From: an uncultured Chloroflexia bacterium
Lineage (GTDB): Bacteria > Chloroflexota > Limnocylindria > Limnocylindrales > CSP1-4
Direction: 5' to 3'
DNA length: 64,000 bases
Assembly: GCA_963720755.1 (NCBI GenBank)
Contig: CAVRGP010000011.1
Location: forward strand, 384,001 to 448,000
Made by a program: the position numbers and the translations under genes. The notes under the pieces are model-generated. The model was not told where the DNA came from and did no database searches. It saw nothing but the letters and a program-made list of their open reading frames with translations. This document shows positions 19,065-29,595 of this stretch, piece after piece. Position 1 is the stretch's first letter; each line of letters starts with the position of its first letter.

Positions 19065-19906
19065 TCGAGCTCGGCGCCAATCGATACGGCAAGGCCGCCA
19101 TCCGCCTCGTCCGGGTCGCGCGCGGAGGACAGGCGCATCGACTCCGCGACCTGACGGTCGCGATCGCCCTCGAAGGAGCGTTCGAGTCCGCCCATACCGA
19201 CGGCGACAATTCCCCGGTCATCCCGACGGACACGATGAAGAACACGGCCTACGCGTTCGCCAAGGATCACCTCGACGGATCGATCGAGGCGTACGGACTG
19301 GCGCTGGCCGAGCATTTCGGCGCCGCGCCGCAGGTCGAAGTCGCGACCGTCAACATCCGCGCCCACCACTGGGCTCCCATCGATGTCGCCGGCCGGCCCG
19401 CCCCGGATGCGTTCGTCCGCGGGGGAGAGGGGACCAGGGTCGCCACGATCACCACATCGCTCGGCGGGACGACCGTCGAGGCGGGGGTCGAGGATCTGGT
19501 CGTGCTGAAGACCACGCGATCGTCGTTCAGCGGCTTTCCACGCGACCGCTACACGACGCTGCCAGAAGCCGACGATCGACTCATGGCGACGAAGATCACC
19601 GCGATCTGGCGGTACGGCGCCCCGCGGCTCGACCACGACGCGACGTTCGCGGCGGTCCGGGCGACGCTTCTCGAGGTCTTCGCCGACCACGACAGCGCAT
19701 CGGTCCAGGCGTCGGTCTGGATCATGGCCCGGGCGATCCTCGAGCGCCACGAGGAGATCGATCAGATCCGGATGGTCCTGCCGAACCTCCATCACTGGCT
19801 CGTCGACCTGACACCGTTCGGGCTGACCAATGACGGCGAGATCTACGTGGCCACCACCGAACCGCACGGGATCATCGAGGCGACCGTCCGTCGCGGCGAT
19901 GGCTGA
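19061..19906 (+). CDS. pucL: urate oxidase (cofactor-independent uricase)
   Basis: [41 protein letters not shown]. Confidence 0.95.
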   Translation: MIELGANRYGKAAIRLVRVARGGQAHRLRDLTVAIALEGAFESAHTDGDNSPVIPTDTMKNTAYAFAKDHLDGSIEAYGLALAEHFGAAPQVEVATVNIRAHHWAPIDVAGRPAPDAFVRGGEGTRVATITTSLGGTTVEAGVEDLVVLKTTRSSFSGFPRDRYTTLPEADDRLMATKITAIWRYGAPRLDHDATFAAVRATLLEVFADHDSASVQASVWIMARAILERHEEIDQIRMVLPNLHHWLVDLTPFGLTNDGEIYVATTEPHGIIEATVRRGDG

Positions 19907-21494
19907 AGATCGGGTCCAGGACCTCCCGCCCGGCGTCGCGATCCAGCGCGGAACGGTCGCCGGCTCGGATCGGGTGCTGACGCCAGGGGCGCTGGCGTTC
20001 GTCGCTGACCTCCAACGGCGGTTCGGACCGGCCCGGCTCGACCTGCTCGGTCGTCGCGCGGATCGACAGGCCGAGCTCGATGCCGGTGTTCGGCCGGACT
20101 TCCTCGAGGCCACGCTCGACGTGCGCGGATCCGACTGGACCGTCGCGCCTGCTCCGTCGGACCTCGACGACCGGCGGGTCGAGATCACCGGTCCGGCCGA
20201 ACCGAAGATGATGATCAACGCCCTCAACTCCGGCGCCCGCGTCTTCATGGCCGATCTCGAGGACGCGCTGTCGCCGACCTGGGCCAACATGATCGGTGGG
20301 CAAGCGGCCATCGCCGACGCGGTCCGGGGCACGCTCCGATTCGATGCGCCCGATGGCAAGGCCTACCGCCTGGCCGACCGGACTGCGACGCTGGTGGTGC
20401 GCCCACGTGGCTGGCATCTCGTCGAGTCCGGGATGCTGGTGGACGGATCCCCCGTCGCTGCGAGCCTGTTCGACTTCGGGTTGTTCGTCTTCCACTGCGG
20501 CGAGGCGGCGGTGCGTCGTGGGTCCGGTCCGTACCTCTACCTGGCCAAGCTCGAATCCCACCACGAGGCGCGTCTCTGGAACGACGTCTTCGTCCACGCC
20601 CAGGCGGCCCTCGGGATCCCGCAAGGCTCGATCCGGGCGACCGTGCTCATCGAGACGATCCTCGCCGCGTTCGAGATGGACGAGATCCTGTACGAGCTGC
20701 GCGAACACGCCGCGGGGCTCAACGCGGGTCGCTGGGACTACCTGTTCAGTGGCATCAAGAAGTTGCGCGCCTGGCCGGCGCTGGCGGTGCCTGACCGGGC
20801 GCAACTGACGATGACCGTGCCGTTCATGCGCGCCTATACGGACCTGCTCGTGCGGACCTGCCATCGGCGCGGGGCCCACGCGATCGGCGGGATGGCGGCG
20901 TTCATCCCGAACCGGCGCGACCCGGACGTCACCGCGGTCGCCCTGGCCAGGGTCCGAGAGGACAAGGAACGCGAGAGCCGGGACGGTTTCGACGGCACCT
21001 GGGTCGCCCACCCGGACCTCGTGCCGGTGGCGATGGAGGTGTTCGACGGAGTGCTCGGCGCGGCTCCGAACCAGAAGCGCCGCCTGCGCGGAGACGTCTC
21101 GGTCTCCGCGGCCGACCTGCTCGACCTGACGGTCCCGGGCGGTGCAGTCACCGAAACGGGCGTCCGGGCGGATGTCCGGGTCGCCCTCGCGTATCTCGAC
21201 TCGTGGTTGCGAGGGATCGGCGCGGCCGCCATCGACAACCTGATGGAGGATGCCGCGACGGCCGAGATCGCCCGCTCGCAGCTTTGGCATTGGCGCACCC
21301 GCGGGGTCGCCCTCGCCGATGGTCGGCCGTTCGATGCATCGCTCTACGCGGCCATCCGCGATGAGGAGTTGGCGCGGCTCGGCGGGGCAGGGGAGGGGCG
21401 GCTCGCCGATGCGGTCGGCTTGCTCGACCGACTGGTCCTCGATCCCGAGTTCGCCGAGTTCCTGACGCTTCGCGCCTACTCGATGCTCGACTAG
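19899..21494 (+). CDS. aceB: malate synthase A
   Basis: [59 protein letters not shown]. Confidence 0.95.
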   Translation: MAEDRVQDLPPGVAIQRGTVAGSDRVLTPGALAFVADLQRRFGPARLDLLGRRADRQAELDAGVRPDFLEATLDVRGSDWTVAPAPSDLDDRRVEITGPAEPKMMINALNSGARVFMADLEDALSPTWANMIGGQAAIADAVRGTLRFDAPDGKAYRLADRTATLVVRPRGWHLVESGMLVDGSPVAASLFDFGLFVFHCGEAAVRRGSGPYLYLAKLESHHEARLWNDVFVHAQAALGIPQGSIRATVLIETILAAFEMDEILYELREHAAGLNAGRWDYLFSGIKKLRAWPALAVPDRAQLTMTVPFMRAYTDLLVRTCHRRGAHAIGGMAAFIPNRRDPDVTAVALARVREDKERESRDGFDGTWVAHPDLVPVAMEVFDGVLGAAPNQKRRLRGDVSVSAADLLDLTVPGGAVTETGVRADVRVALAYLDSWLRGIGAAAIDNLMEDAATAEIARSQLWHWRTRGVALADGRPFDASLYAAIRDEELARLGGAGEGRLADAVGLLDRLVLDPEFAEFLTLRAYSMLD

Positions 21495-22906
21495 CCGCCG
21501 GCGATCCGGCCGCGCTCCACGAACCGGCCGAAGTCCCGACGACCGACGAACGCGCCGTCCCGGATCACCGCGCTTCCACGTACGAACACGTCGCGCACCG
21601 CGCCGGCGACCTCCAACCCCTCGTACGGTGTGTAGTCGCTCGTGTGATGGAGGTCGGTGGCGCGGATCGTTCGCCGAGCCGTCGGGTCGAACACGACGAG
21701 ATCGGCGTCACGGCCGACCTCGATCGCTCCCTTGGAACCCAGGCCGAACCTGGCCGCGGGCGTCGTCGCCAGCAGCTCGACCATGCGCTCGAGGCGGATC
21801 CGGCCCTTGGCCACGCCCTCGCTGTACAGGATGGTCAACAGCGTTTCGATCCCGGGGGCGCCGTTGCTGATCCGGTCGAACGGGACGCCCCGACCGGCCT
21901 CCGCCTTCTCCGAGTCGAGGCGGTCGGGGACATGATCGGTGGCGACCAGGTCGAGGGTGCCGTCGGCAAGCCCGGCCCACAGCGCGTCGCGATCCGCCTT
22001 CCGCCGCAGCGGCGGCGAGATGACGAACCGGGCACACGAGACGGGATCGGGGTCGTCGTATCGATCCTCGGACAGGACGAGGTAGTGGGGGCACGTCTCC
22101 GCGGAGACGCGGACACCGGCCGCCCTGGCGCGCCGCACCTCATCGAGGGCTGCCGACGATGACAGATGGACGACGTGGATCGGCGCGTCCACCATCCGGG
22201 CGAAGGCGAGCGCCCTGGCGGTCGCCACGGCCTCCACGTAGCTCGGCCGGGTCGACGCATGGAAACGCGGTCCGACGTCGCCGCGCCCGAGCGCGTCGGC
22301 CACGGCGGCATCGAGCAGGATCGGGTCTTCGCAATGGACCTGGAGCATGCCGCCGTGGCGGGCCATGACGCCCAGGGCCTCGTACAGCCGCTCGTCCGGG
22401 AGGCGGAAGTCGAAGACCATGAAGGCCTTGGAGGTGGCGATCCCCGCGTCGATCGTGGCCGGGATCTCGGACAGGGCATCGTTCGCTCGACCGCTGATCG
22501 CCAGACTCAGCCCGTAGTCGATGGCGCTGTCGCGGTCCGTGGCGGTGCGCCATTCGCGGATCCCGGTCCGGAGCGATCGCTCGGCAGCCGGTGACGATCC
22601 GGTGCCCGGGTTGTTGAACGACAGGAACGTGGTCGTGCCGCCGAACGCGGCCGCCACAGAATCCTGGAAGAAGCGGTCCGGCTGCGCATCGGTCGCGACG
22701 CGGGTGTGGGTGTGGACGTCCACCACGCCCGGCAGCACCAGGAGACCGGCGACATCGACGATCTGGTGCGCGCGTTGGGCGAGGCCGGTCAGGTCGGACT
22801 CGATCGCGCTCACTCGCCCGTCCCTGACGGCGACGTCGGCCCGCCGGGATCCGGTCGCCCCGACGACCGTGCCACCGAGGACGACGAGGTCAGGTGTGTC
22901 CGCCAC
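21491..22906 (-). CDS. hydA: cyclic amidohydrolase (dihydropyrimidinase/hydantoinase; possibly acts as allantoinase)
   Basis: DVHTH, AFGGTTT, K in SKAFM, VHCED, VVHLS, SPPLR, ATDH, DYTPYEG. Confidence 0.85.
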   Translation of the reverse strand: MADTPDLVVLGGTVVGATGSRRADVAVRDGRVSAIESDLTGLAQRAHQIVDVAGLLVLPGVVDVHTHTRVATDAQPDRFFQDSVAAAFGGTTTFLSFNNPGTGSSPAAERSLRTGIREWRTATDRDSAIDYGLSLAISGRANDALSEIPATIDAGIATSKAFMVFDFRLPDERLYEALGVMARHGGMLQVHCEDPILLDAAVADALGRGDVGPRFHASTRPSYVEAVATARALAFARMVDAPIHVVHLSSSAALDEVRRARAAGVRVSAETCPHYLVLSEDRYDDPDPVSCARFVISPPLRRKADRDALWAGLADGTLDLVATDHVPDRLDSEKAEAGRGVPFDRISNGAPGIETLLTILYSEGVAKGRIRLERMVELLATTPAARFGLGSKGAIEVGRDADLVVFDPTARRTIRATDLHHTSDYTPYEGLEVAGAVRDVFVRGSAVIRDGAFVGRRDFGRFVERGRIAGG

Positions 22907-22930
22907 CCGGGCAGGATACGCGGAGCGTGG

Positions 22931-24328
22931 TCAGCCGACCGGTGTGTCCGCGATGACCGACATGAGCACGGGATCGAGGCCCCCGAAATAGTCCTCGGAG
23001 GACGGCTCGATCTGGAGTCGCGGCCGGATCGTGATCCTGGCGTCGTCGGCGGTGCTCTTCTGCCAGTAGCGACTGGCGATGTAGACGACCTGACCCGCAT
23101 AGGGCAACGGGATGGCCCGGACATCGGCATACAGGTTCGGGCTGCCGCCCATCGGCTCGCCGACGAATTCGGCGTCCGTCGTCTGTTCGATCGTGGTGGC
23201 GAAATTGGCCGCCGCCGAGAACGTCAGGCGGCCGATCAGCAGGGTCAGGCGGCCTGGCTGGTCGATGGCGGGATCCTGCAGGACGGACAGGAGCCGGCCA
23301 TACGTCCCGTTGTCGCCGCCGCCGTTGTTGCGGAGATCGACGACGACCTGCGCGACGTCGCCCTGCTTCGCGCGAGCCAGGATCTCGTCGGCCACGGCGT
23401 CGATCCCGCCACGGACCTCGTTGTACTGGACGTACAGGGTCCGTGAACTCGCGAGGTATGTCCACCACAGGGGCGTGTCGATGTCACGCAGCCACATCGT
23501 ATCGACCCGGCTCGGCAGGCGCAGCGGCAGTCCGCCATGCCACGCGACATCGTCGGCGGCCGGGATCGGCGCGATGTCCACGTCCCGGTCGTTGCCGTCG
23601 GCGTCGATCACGTTGAACGTCGCCGGTCCGACCTGCTCCTGGATCCCGAGTCCCGTCAGCAATTCGCTGACCCGCAGGTAGAGCGGCGCGTAGGCAAGCA
23701 GGTTCGACGGGTTGTCGCGTGGCGAGAGTGGTTCGACAAGGTCGAGGACATCGGCGATCGGCCGGCCGTCGATGGCGACGATCCGCGCACCGACCAGATC
23801 CTCATACGGCGCCCTCGCAGTCGTGATGAACAGCCCATCGCGAAACTGCCACAGGCGGATCGGGAATTCGTGGGTGGCGCTGTCCGCGGTGAACGGGAAC
23901 ATCCCCGTATGACCGTCGCGTCCGGCCCATCCCGGCATCGCGGCAAGGCGGACCAGCTCCACCAGCGCCTGGTCGTCGGACAGCGTCGGGATCCTTGCCT
24001 TGACGGCGTCGGCGGCCGCGACGTACTGCGCACGCGAGATCCCGTGCCACGGGTCCGGGTGGATCTGCTCCCGCGCGACGAGGAGCGCGTCGATGTCCGC
24101 CCGCCAGCCATCGGTGCGCGACAGGGTGGGAGACGGGGCCGCCGTCGGGGACGGCGCTGTCGTCGGCGAGCCACCCGGTTCGGTCGAGACCGGCCCGACC
24201 GGGGACGTCGCCACGGCAGATGACGGGCTCGGCGTCACGGTCACGCCGCAGCCACCCACCAGGATGGCGACCAGGATGGTCGCGATCGCTGCCGTCGGGA
24301 GCGCGGACGACTTCGTCTGCCTGGTCAT
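22931..24328 (-). CDS. lipoprotein, S41-like peptidase
   Basis: Lipobox LVGGC, Pro/Ser linker, VVVDLRNNGGG, LIGRLTFSAA, FVGEP.GG. Confidence 0.75.
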   Translation of the reverse strand: MTRQTKSSALPTAAIATILVAILVGGCGVTVTPSPSSAVATSPVGPVSTEPGGSPTTAPSPTAAPSPTLSRTDGWRADIDALLVAREQIHPDPWHGISRAQYVAAADAVKARIPTLSDDQALVELVRLAAMPGWAGRDGHTGMFPFTADSATHEFPIRLWQFRDGLFITTARAPYEDLVGARIVAIDGRPIADVLDLVEPLSPRDNPSNLLAYAPLYLRVSELLTGLGIQEQVGPATFNVIDADGNDRDVDIAPIPAADDVAWHGGLPLRLPSRVDTMWLRDIDTPLWWTYLASSRTLYVQYNEVRGGIDAVADEILARAKQGDVAQVVVDLRNNGGGDNGTYGRLLSVLQDPAIDQPGRLTLLIGRLTFSAAANFATTIEQTTDAEFVGEPMGGSPNLYADVRAIPLPYAGQVVYIASRYWQKSTADDARITIRPRLQIEPSSEDYFGGLDPVLMSVIADTPVG

Positions 24329-24792
24329 CCCGTCGCCCGCATCGAATTGGAGGCCAACCTCGACTCGGCCTCGGCGGCGGCGTGCCCGATCGCGCGAAGC
24401 ATCGCCCGGGCGTCATCGGCGTCGATCACGAGGGCATCGCCGAACCGGGAGTCGGCCTGGGCGAACGCCCGGCTGGCGGCGGCGTGGACGGCGAGACCGT
24501 CGCGGGTCAGCGCCAGTCGGTAGGATCGGCGGTCGTCGGCGACGGTTTCGCGCTTCGCGTGTCCCCGGTCCAACAGGGCGCGGACGTGGTGGGACATGGT
24601 CGTCGGCGGCATCCCCACCCGGCGGGCGAGGTCTGTTGGGGTCTGCGGCCCTTCGTCGAACAGGACGCTATAGACGGCGTACTCGTCGGGTCGAAGGGCG
24701 ACGTCCGTCATCGCCCGCTGGACGAGCGTGCGCACGCGCTGTTCGGCCGCGAACAACTCGAACAGGAGCGACAGACGAGATCGGGGGCTCAC
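24325..24792 (-). CDS. MarR-family transcriptional regulator
   Basis: TPTDLARRVGM..TTMS..V..L...G, DRRSYRLALT.DG. Confidence 0.9.
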   Translation of the reverse strand: MSPRSRLSLLFELFAAEQRVRTLVQRAMTDVALRPDEYAVYSVLFDEGPQTPTDLARRVGMPPTTMSHHVRALLDRGHAKRETVADDRRSYRLALTRDGLAVHAAASRAFAQADSRFGDALVIDADDARAMLRAIGHAAAEAESRLASNSMRATG

Positions 24793-24798
24793 CCCGAG

Positions 24799-24814
24799 AT
24801 GATACCAGATGGTA
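24799..24814 (-). promoter_or_regulatory. -10 box overlapped by a palindromic MarR operator candidate
   Basis: TACCA-GA-TGGTA at 24803-24814 overlaps minus-strand TATCAT, 6 nt before GTG 24792. Confidence 0.6.
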
Positions 24815-24831
24815 GTACCTTGCCTCGCGGC

Positions 24832-25254
24832 TCAGTCGACCTCGCGGATGACGATCCGCTGCGCCCCTTCCCAGAGGCAGCGTCGACCGATCTCACGGAG
24901 GCGATCGTCCGAGCCCGGGTCGGGCAGGACGGTCGCGAAATGGTTGGCGGCGAGTTGGCCGACCTTGGAGGCCGTGGTACAGCCACCGTACGGGAAGAAG
25001 ATCTCGCATTCGCTGATCCCACCGGGGTAGATCGCGAGCTGACCCGGAGCAGGATGTGACGTGTGGTTCTCGTAGTCGAGACCGGGCCGGAAGTCCCCGA
25101 ACGGGATCCAGGTCGATTCGCCGGACCATCGGCAATGGATCAGGCGCGACTCGATCGGGAGGAGACGCCGGATCGCCTCGATCGTCTTCGGCGCAGCCGG
25201 TTCCCATCGAGCGCTACAGTGGAGGTCACCGACGACGATCTGCAAGGTACCCAT
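24832..25254 (-). CDS. DUF3830-family protein (cyclophilin-like fold)
   Basis: AP.T, IHCRWSGE..W.P, ENHTSHPAPG...YPGGISE.EI..PYG, SKVGQLA.NHF, WEGAQ. Confidence 0.85.
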   Translation of the reverse strand: MGTLQIVVGDLHCSARWEPAAPKTIEAIRRLLPIESRLIHCRWSGESTWIPFGDFRPGLDYENHTSHPAPGQLAIYPGGISECEIFFPYGGCTTASKVGQLAANHFATVLPDPGSDDRLREIGRRCLWEGAQRIVIREVD

Positions 25255-25268
25255 GCGCGGAGGATAGC

Positions 25269-25652
25269 GTGGCGCGACAGGCGACCCAGCCGGCCCCGAC
25301 CATCTCGACCCACGTCCTCGACACGGAACGTGGCGTGGCGGCTGCCGGAATCCACGTCACCCTCTACCGGATCGCGGACGACGGACGGGCGCTGCGCCTG
25401 ACCCAGGCTCTGACCGATTCCGACGGGCGGGTCCGCGATCTCCTCGAGCGTCCGCTGACGGCGGGGGACTACCGGCTCGAATTCGACCTGGGCCAGACCA
25501 CCGAGCCATCACCGGAGGGCGACGGGGCTCCCGCCCCGGTCCGCTTCTTCCAACGCCTGTCGCTGGACCTGCGAGTCACCGACCCAGGTCGCAGTCACCA
25601 CGTGCCGCTCCTGCTCGCGCCGTACTCGATCACCACGTATCGAGGGACGTGA
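25269..25652 (+). CDS. uraH: 5-hydroxyisourate hydrolase (transthyretin-like)
   Basis: GGAGG RBS before GTG; ISTHVLDT, TDSDGR, HHVPLLLAPY...TYRGT C-terminus. Confidence 0.92.
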   Translation: MARQATQPAPTISTHVLDTERGVAAAGIHVTLYRIADDGRALRLTQALTDSDGRVRDLLERPLTAGDYRLEFDLGQTTEPSPEGDGAPAPVRFFQRLSLDLRVTDPGRSHHVPLLLAPYSITTYRGT

Positions 25653-25690
25653 CAGGCTAGGTGTCACGGCACCGGATCACGATCCGGCGC

Positions 25691-26974
25691 ATGCAGGCCA
25701 CAGTGCGACCGATCACCCCCATCCCACAGGCGCCGGACGCCGATCCGTCGACGAGTGTCCGGCTGGCCGGCGACCGCATCCTCGTGGACCACCTGATCCT
25801 CCCGGACCCTGCCCTGGCAGCGTTCCTCCGGGAGCGTCCGGCCGATGACCGCGCCGACCTCGTCGAGCGGGCCTTGCGGATCGGGTTGCTCGCGCTCCAG
25901 GATGCCGGCGTCACGGTCAATGTGGATGTCGTGCGGTCCGAGTTCGAGAAGCTCATGCACCAGGCGGAAGCGGTCAATGAGAAAGCCGCCATGGCCCTGG
26001 AGCAGACGCTCCGCGCCAATTTCGCGGACGGAGATGGGCGCCTGCCTCGGACCTTGGAGAAGTTCCTGGGCGATCGCGGGGCCTTGCGATCGATGGTGGA
26101 CGAGCTGTTCGACGAGACGAAGCGGGACAGCGCGATCGGCCGGATCGGAACGATGCTGGAACGCTATTTCGACGGCGACGCCTCGAAACTGGCGCAACTG
26201 CTCGACCCGACCCGACTGCATTCACCGATGCACCAGTTCCGTCAGGAGATCGCCGATGGGTTCCGGTCCCTCGAGGAGCGCCTGGTCGCCATCGAGGCGG
26301 CCGCGGCCGCCCGCGGCGCGGAACGAGCGCGATCGACTGCCAAGGGCGGCGATTTCGAGGACCTGCTCGAGGCGATGCTGGCGGAGCTCGCCCGCGGCTC
26401 GGGCGATCTGCTCGATCGGACGGGGACGGACACCGGATCGATCATGAAGTCCAAGAAGGGTGACTTCGTGCTGACCCTTGACGCCCAGGTCGCCCGCGGC
26501 TGCGACGTGCGTGTGGTCATCGAGGCCAAGGATCGGCCGATGTCGATGCGAGCGATGCGCGAAGAGCTACGCGAGGCCAAGGAGAACCGGGGTGCGGCGA
26601 CGGCGGTCGTCGTCTTCAGCCAAGCGCATGCGCCGGCCGGGATCGCGCCGTTCAACCTGGTCGGCGACGACGTCTACTGCGTGATCGACCCGGACGCGCC
26701 GGAACCTGCCTCGCTGGAGGCGGCGATCCGGCTCGCCCGGCTGCTCGCCCTCGCGTCGTTGGTGGAGCGCGAGGTCGACGTCGATGCCGCGGCGATCGGT
26801 TCGGCCCTGACCGCGGTCCGCGAGCAACTCGAGGTCGTCCGCTCGCTCAAGGCCCAGCTGACCTCGATCTCGAACGCGACCAAGGCTGTCTGGACCGGCC
26901 TCGACGCGATGCGATCGAACATCCTGGCCCGGGTTGCGGAAGCCGAGATGGAGCTCCACGCGCCCGACCGGTAG
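25691..26974 (+). CDS. coiled-coil protein with PD-(D/E)XK nuclease-like domain (RmuC/DUF2130-like)
   Basis: Helical N-terminal half; KGGDFE...KKGDFVL...VVIEAKD; helical C-terminus. Confidence 0.6.
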   Translation: MQATVRPITPIPQAPDADPSTSVRLAGDRILVDHLILPDPALAAFLRERPADDRADLVERALRIGLLALQDAGVTVNVDVVRSEFEKLMHQAEAVNEKAAMALEQTLRANFADGDGRLPRTLEKFLGDRGALRSMVDELFDETKRDSAIGRIGTMLERYFDGDASKLAQLLDPTRLHSPMHQFRQEIADGFRSLEERLVAIEAAAAARGAERARSTAKGGDFEDLLEAMLAELARGSGDLLDRTGTDTGSIMKSKKGDFVLTLDAQVARGCDVRVVIEAKDRPMSMRAMREELREAKENRGAATAVVVFSQAHAPAGIAPFNLVGDDVYCVIDPDAPEPASLEAAIRLARLLALASLVEREVDVDAAAIGSALTAVREQLEVVRSLKAQLTSISNATKAVWTGLDAMRSNILARVAEAEMELHAPDR

Positions 26975-27061
26975 GGCTACGACGGACCCGGACCGCCAGA
27001 CGAATGTGAGCGGGACGAAGGGGCTGTTGGCGAGATCGGGCTACAGGCGCATCCTTGCGCC

Positions 27062-29491
27062 ATGCACCGCCGCATCGCGCCCCTGCTGTTTGCCGTGCTC
27101 ATCGCCATCCCGGCCGTCGCTCCGGCCGCGGCGGCTGGGCCCACCGCCCCGGTCGCCCCCACCCCGACAGAGGCACCCACCCCGTCGAACGTGCCGATCC
27201 CGACCGAGGTCCCGACGCCGACCATCGAGCCGGTGCCGTCCGCATCGCCGACCGGTGTCCCGACCCCGACCGTCGACCCTTCGGCGTCGCCGGCCCTCGA
27301 TCTCGCGCCTGCCGCGCAGCAACCCGTCCTCGATGGCGCTCCAAGCGCGCAGGACCGATATATCGTCATGCTCCGCAGCGGCTCGGACCTGAAGACGCTC
27401 GTCGCGAAGGTCCACCAGCGCGACGGCGTCACGGCCGATCGGCGGTTCGGGACCGCGTTCAAGGGTTTCTCAGCCAAGCTGGACGCGGCCCAGAAGCGGG
27501 ACCTGCTCGCCGATCCGGACGTCGTCGCCGTTGTCCCCGACGGTGTCGTGCAGCTCACCCAGACGATCCCGACCGGCGTGTCGCGGGTCGGCGGTCAGCT
27601 CAGTGATGTCGCCGGGATCGACGGGACGGATCAGCGAGTCGACGCGGACGTCGCCATCGTGGATACGGGCGTCTCCGATCACCCGGACCTCAACATCGCC
27701 GGCGGCTACAACTGCGCGACGTCCGACCCGACGGCCTGGCGCGACAAGAACGGCCACGGGACGCACGTGGCCGGCATCGTCGGTGCCCTCGACAACAGTT
27801 TCGGTGTCGTCGGGGTTGCGCCGGGCGCCCGGATCTACGGCGTGCGGATCCTCAACGACAAGGGCTACGGCCTGATCTCCTGGTACGTCTGTGGGCTGGA
27901 CTGGATCCTCGCCCAGCGTGACCCGACCGATGCCAGCCGACCGCTGTTCGAGGCCGTGAACATGAGCGTGACCAAGGCGGGCTCGGACGACCACAACTGT
28001 GGATACACGGGAAAGGATCTCCTGCACCAGGCCATCTGCCGCGTCGTTGCCGGTGGCATCACCGTCGTCGCCGCGGCCGCCAACGACAGCCACAATGCGT
28101 CGAAGAACATCCCGGCCAGCTACAACGAGGTCATCACGGTGTCCGCGCTGGCCGATACGGATGGGAAGCCCGGCGGTCTGGGCGGCCGCGCCTGCTACTC
28201 GTGGGGCGGTTACGACAAGGACGACACGTTCGCCGACTTCAGCAACTACGGCGGTGACGTCGACCTCATCGCGCCAGGCAAGTGCATCCTGTCCACCTGG
28301 CCCGGTCCGACCTACGCGACCCTCTCCGGTACGTCGATGGCGGCGCCCACGGTGACGGGCGCGGTCGCGCTCTACAAGGCCAGCCGGCCGAACGCGACGC
28401 CGGCGGAGGTCCGTGAGGCCCTCCGCTATCTCGGGAATTTCGGCTGGAAGACGTCCACCGATCCTGATTCCACCCACGAACCGCTCCTCGATGTCTCACG
28501 GATCAGTGCGCTTGGGACCTATTCCCTGGCCCCGGCGACCTCGACCCCACCGAATGTCGAGGGAGCGACCACCCTCGCCCTGCCGTTCACGATCGTCCGA
28601 AGCGACACCTTCTTCGAGCGCGTGAAGCTGTCGGTGACGTCGGTGCCCGCGGGCTGGTCCGCGACGATGACGACGACGAGCCTGATGGGCTGGTCGGCGA
28701 ACGCAGGCTCGGTCAAGGTCTCGGTTCCCAAGGGAGCCGCCATTGGGTCGTACACGATCGGGGTCCAGGGCACGAACCAGGGCCGGACCGCGACTGCGGA
28801 CCTCTCGGTCCGGGTCATCCAGGACTTCCCGACCGCGCAGGCGCCGACGGTGTCCCTCGCCACGGGCGTTCGGATGGGCCGGGACGTGATGCCCGTCCGC
28901 GTCGTCTGGCCGGCCGCCAGCGACCCGACCAGCGCGATCGGCGGATATCAACTCCAAAACCAGTCCAGTGGCGGGGCATGGTCGACGGCCGTCAGCCTTC
29001 CCGCCAGCGCCCGGTCGGCGGTCTACGCCATCCCGTTCGACACGAACGATCAGTTCCGGGTCCGGGCGATGGACGCGGCCGGCAACTGGAGTCCCTGGGT
29101 GGTCGGGACGGATCTGATCCGAATCCATCCGGTGGACGATCGGAGCGGCTCCGTGGTGCGGGGAGGGAAGTGGTACCGCTATACCGCCTCGAGCGCGTGG
29201 CACGGAACCACGACCGGCTCGTCGCGGCCCAAGGCCAGCGTTCGCTTCGCGTTCACGGGGCACGGCATCGCCGTCGTCGCGCCGAAGAGCAAGTACCGGG
29301 GCAAGGTCCGCGTGTTCGTGGACGGCCTCTACGTCGGTTCGGTGTCGATGCGGACGCAACCTCTCGGAGCCCGGCGGGTCGTGTTCAGCATGGCCTTCGC
29401 ATCTGGCGGCCAGCACAAGATCACGCTCAAGCCTGCCGGAACCGGTGCCCATCCCCAGTTCCGTCTCGATGCCTTCGTCGTCCTGAAGTAG
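27062..29491 (+). CDS. secreted S8 subtilisin-like serine peptidase with I9 propeptide and FN3-like C-terminal domains
   Basis: Signal peptide; YIVML...FKGFSAKL; catalytic IVDTG, HGTHVAG, GTSMAAP. Confidence 0.93.
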   Translation: MHRRIAPLLFAVLIAIPAVAPAAAAGPTAPVAPTPTEAPTPSNVPIPTEVPTPTIEPVPSASPTGVPTPTVDPSASPALDLAPAAQQPVLDGAPSAQDRYIVMLRSGSDLKTLVAKVHQRDGVTADRRFGTAFKGFSAKLDAAQKRDLLADPDVVAVVPDGVVQLTQTIPTGVSRVGGQLSDVAGIDGTDQRVDADVAIVDTGVSDHPDLNIAGGYNCATSDPTAWRDKNGHGTHVAGIVGALDNSFGVVGVAPGARIYGVRILNDKGYGLISWYVCGLDWILAQRDPTDASRPLFEAVNMSVTKAGSDDHNCGYTGKDLLHQAICRVVAGGITVVAAAANDSHNASKNIPASYNEVITVSALADTDGKPGGLGGRACYSWGGYDKDDTFADFSNYGGDVDLIAPGKCILSTWPGPTYATLSGTSMAAPTVTGAVALYKASRPNATPAEVREALRYLGNFGWKTSTDPDSTHEPLLDVSRISALGTYSLAPATSTPPNVEGATTLALPFTIVRSDTFFERVKLSVTSVPAGWSATMTTTSLMGWSANAGSVKVSVPKGAAIGSYTIGVQGTNQGRTATADLSVRVIQDFPTAQAPTVSLATGVRMGRDVMPVRVVWPAASDPTSAIGGYQLQNQSSGGAWSTAVSLPASARSAVYAIPFDTNDQFRVRAMDAAGNWSPWVVGTDLIRIHPVDDRSGSVVRGGKWYRYTASSAWHGTTTGSSRPKASVRFAFTGHGIAVVAPKSKYRGKVRVFVDGLYVGSVSMRTQPLGARRVVFSMAFASGGQHKITLKPAGTGAHPQFRLDAFVVLK

Positions 29492-29530
29492 ACGCCGGCG
29501 CGGTTGCGCGTTTGCGTGGTTGCGCTATGG

Positions 29531-29595
29531 TGGCCGTCCTCGACGCCTCGGACCGGAGATCCGAAGCGATCGATGCGATCTAGCGAGGACGGTCA
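29531..29595 (+). promoter_or_regulatory. structured ku leader whose stem sequesters the RBS
   Basis: TGGCCGTCCTCG (29531-29542) pairs with CGAGGACGGTCA (29584-29595), enclosing TCGGA/TCCGA and GATCG/CGATC hairpins. Confidence 0.55.
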
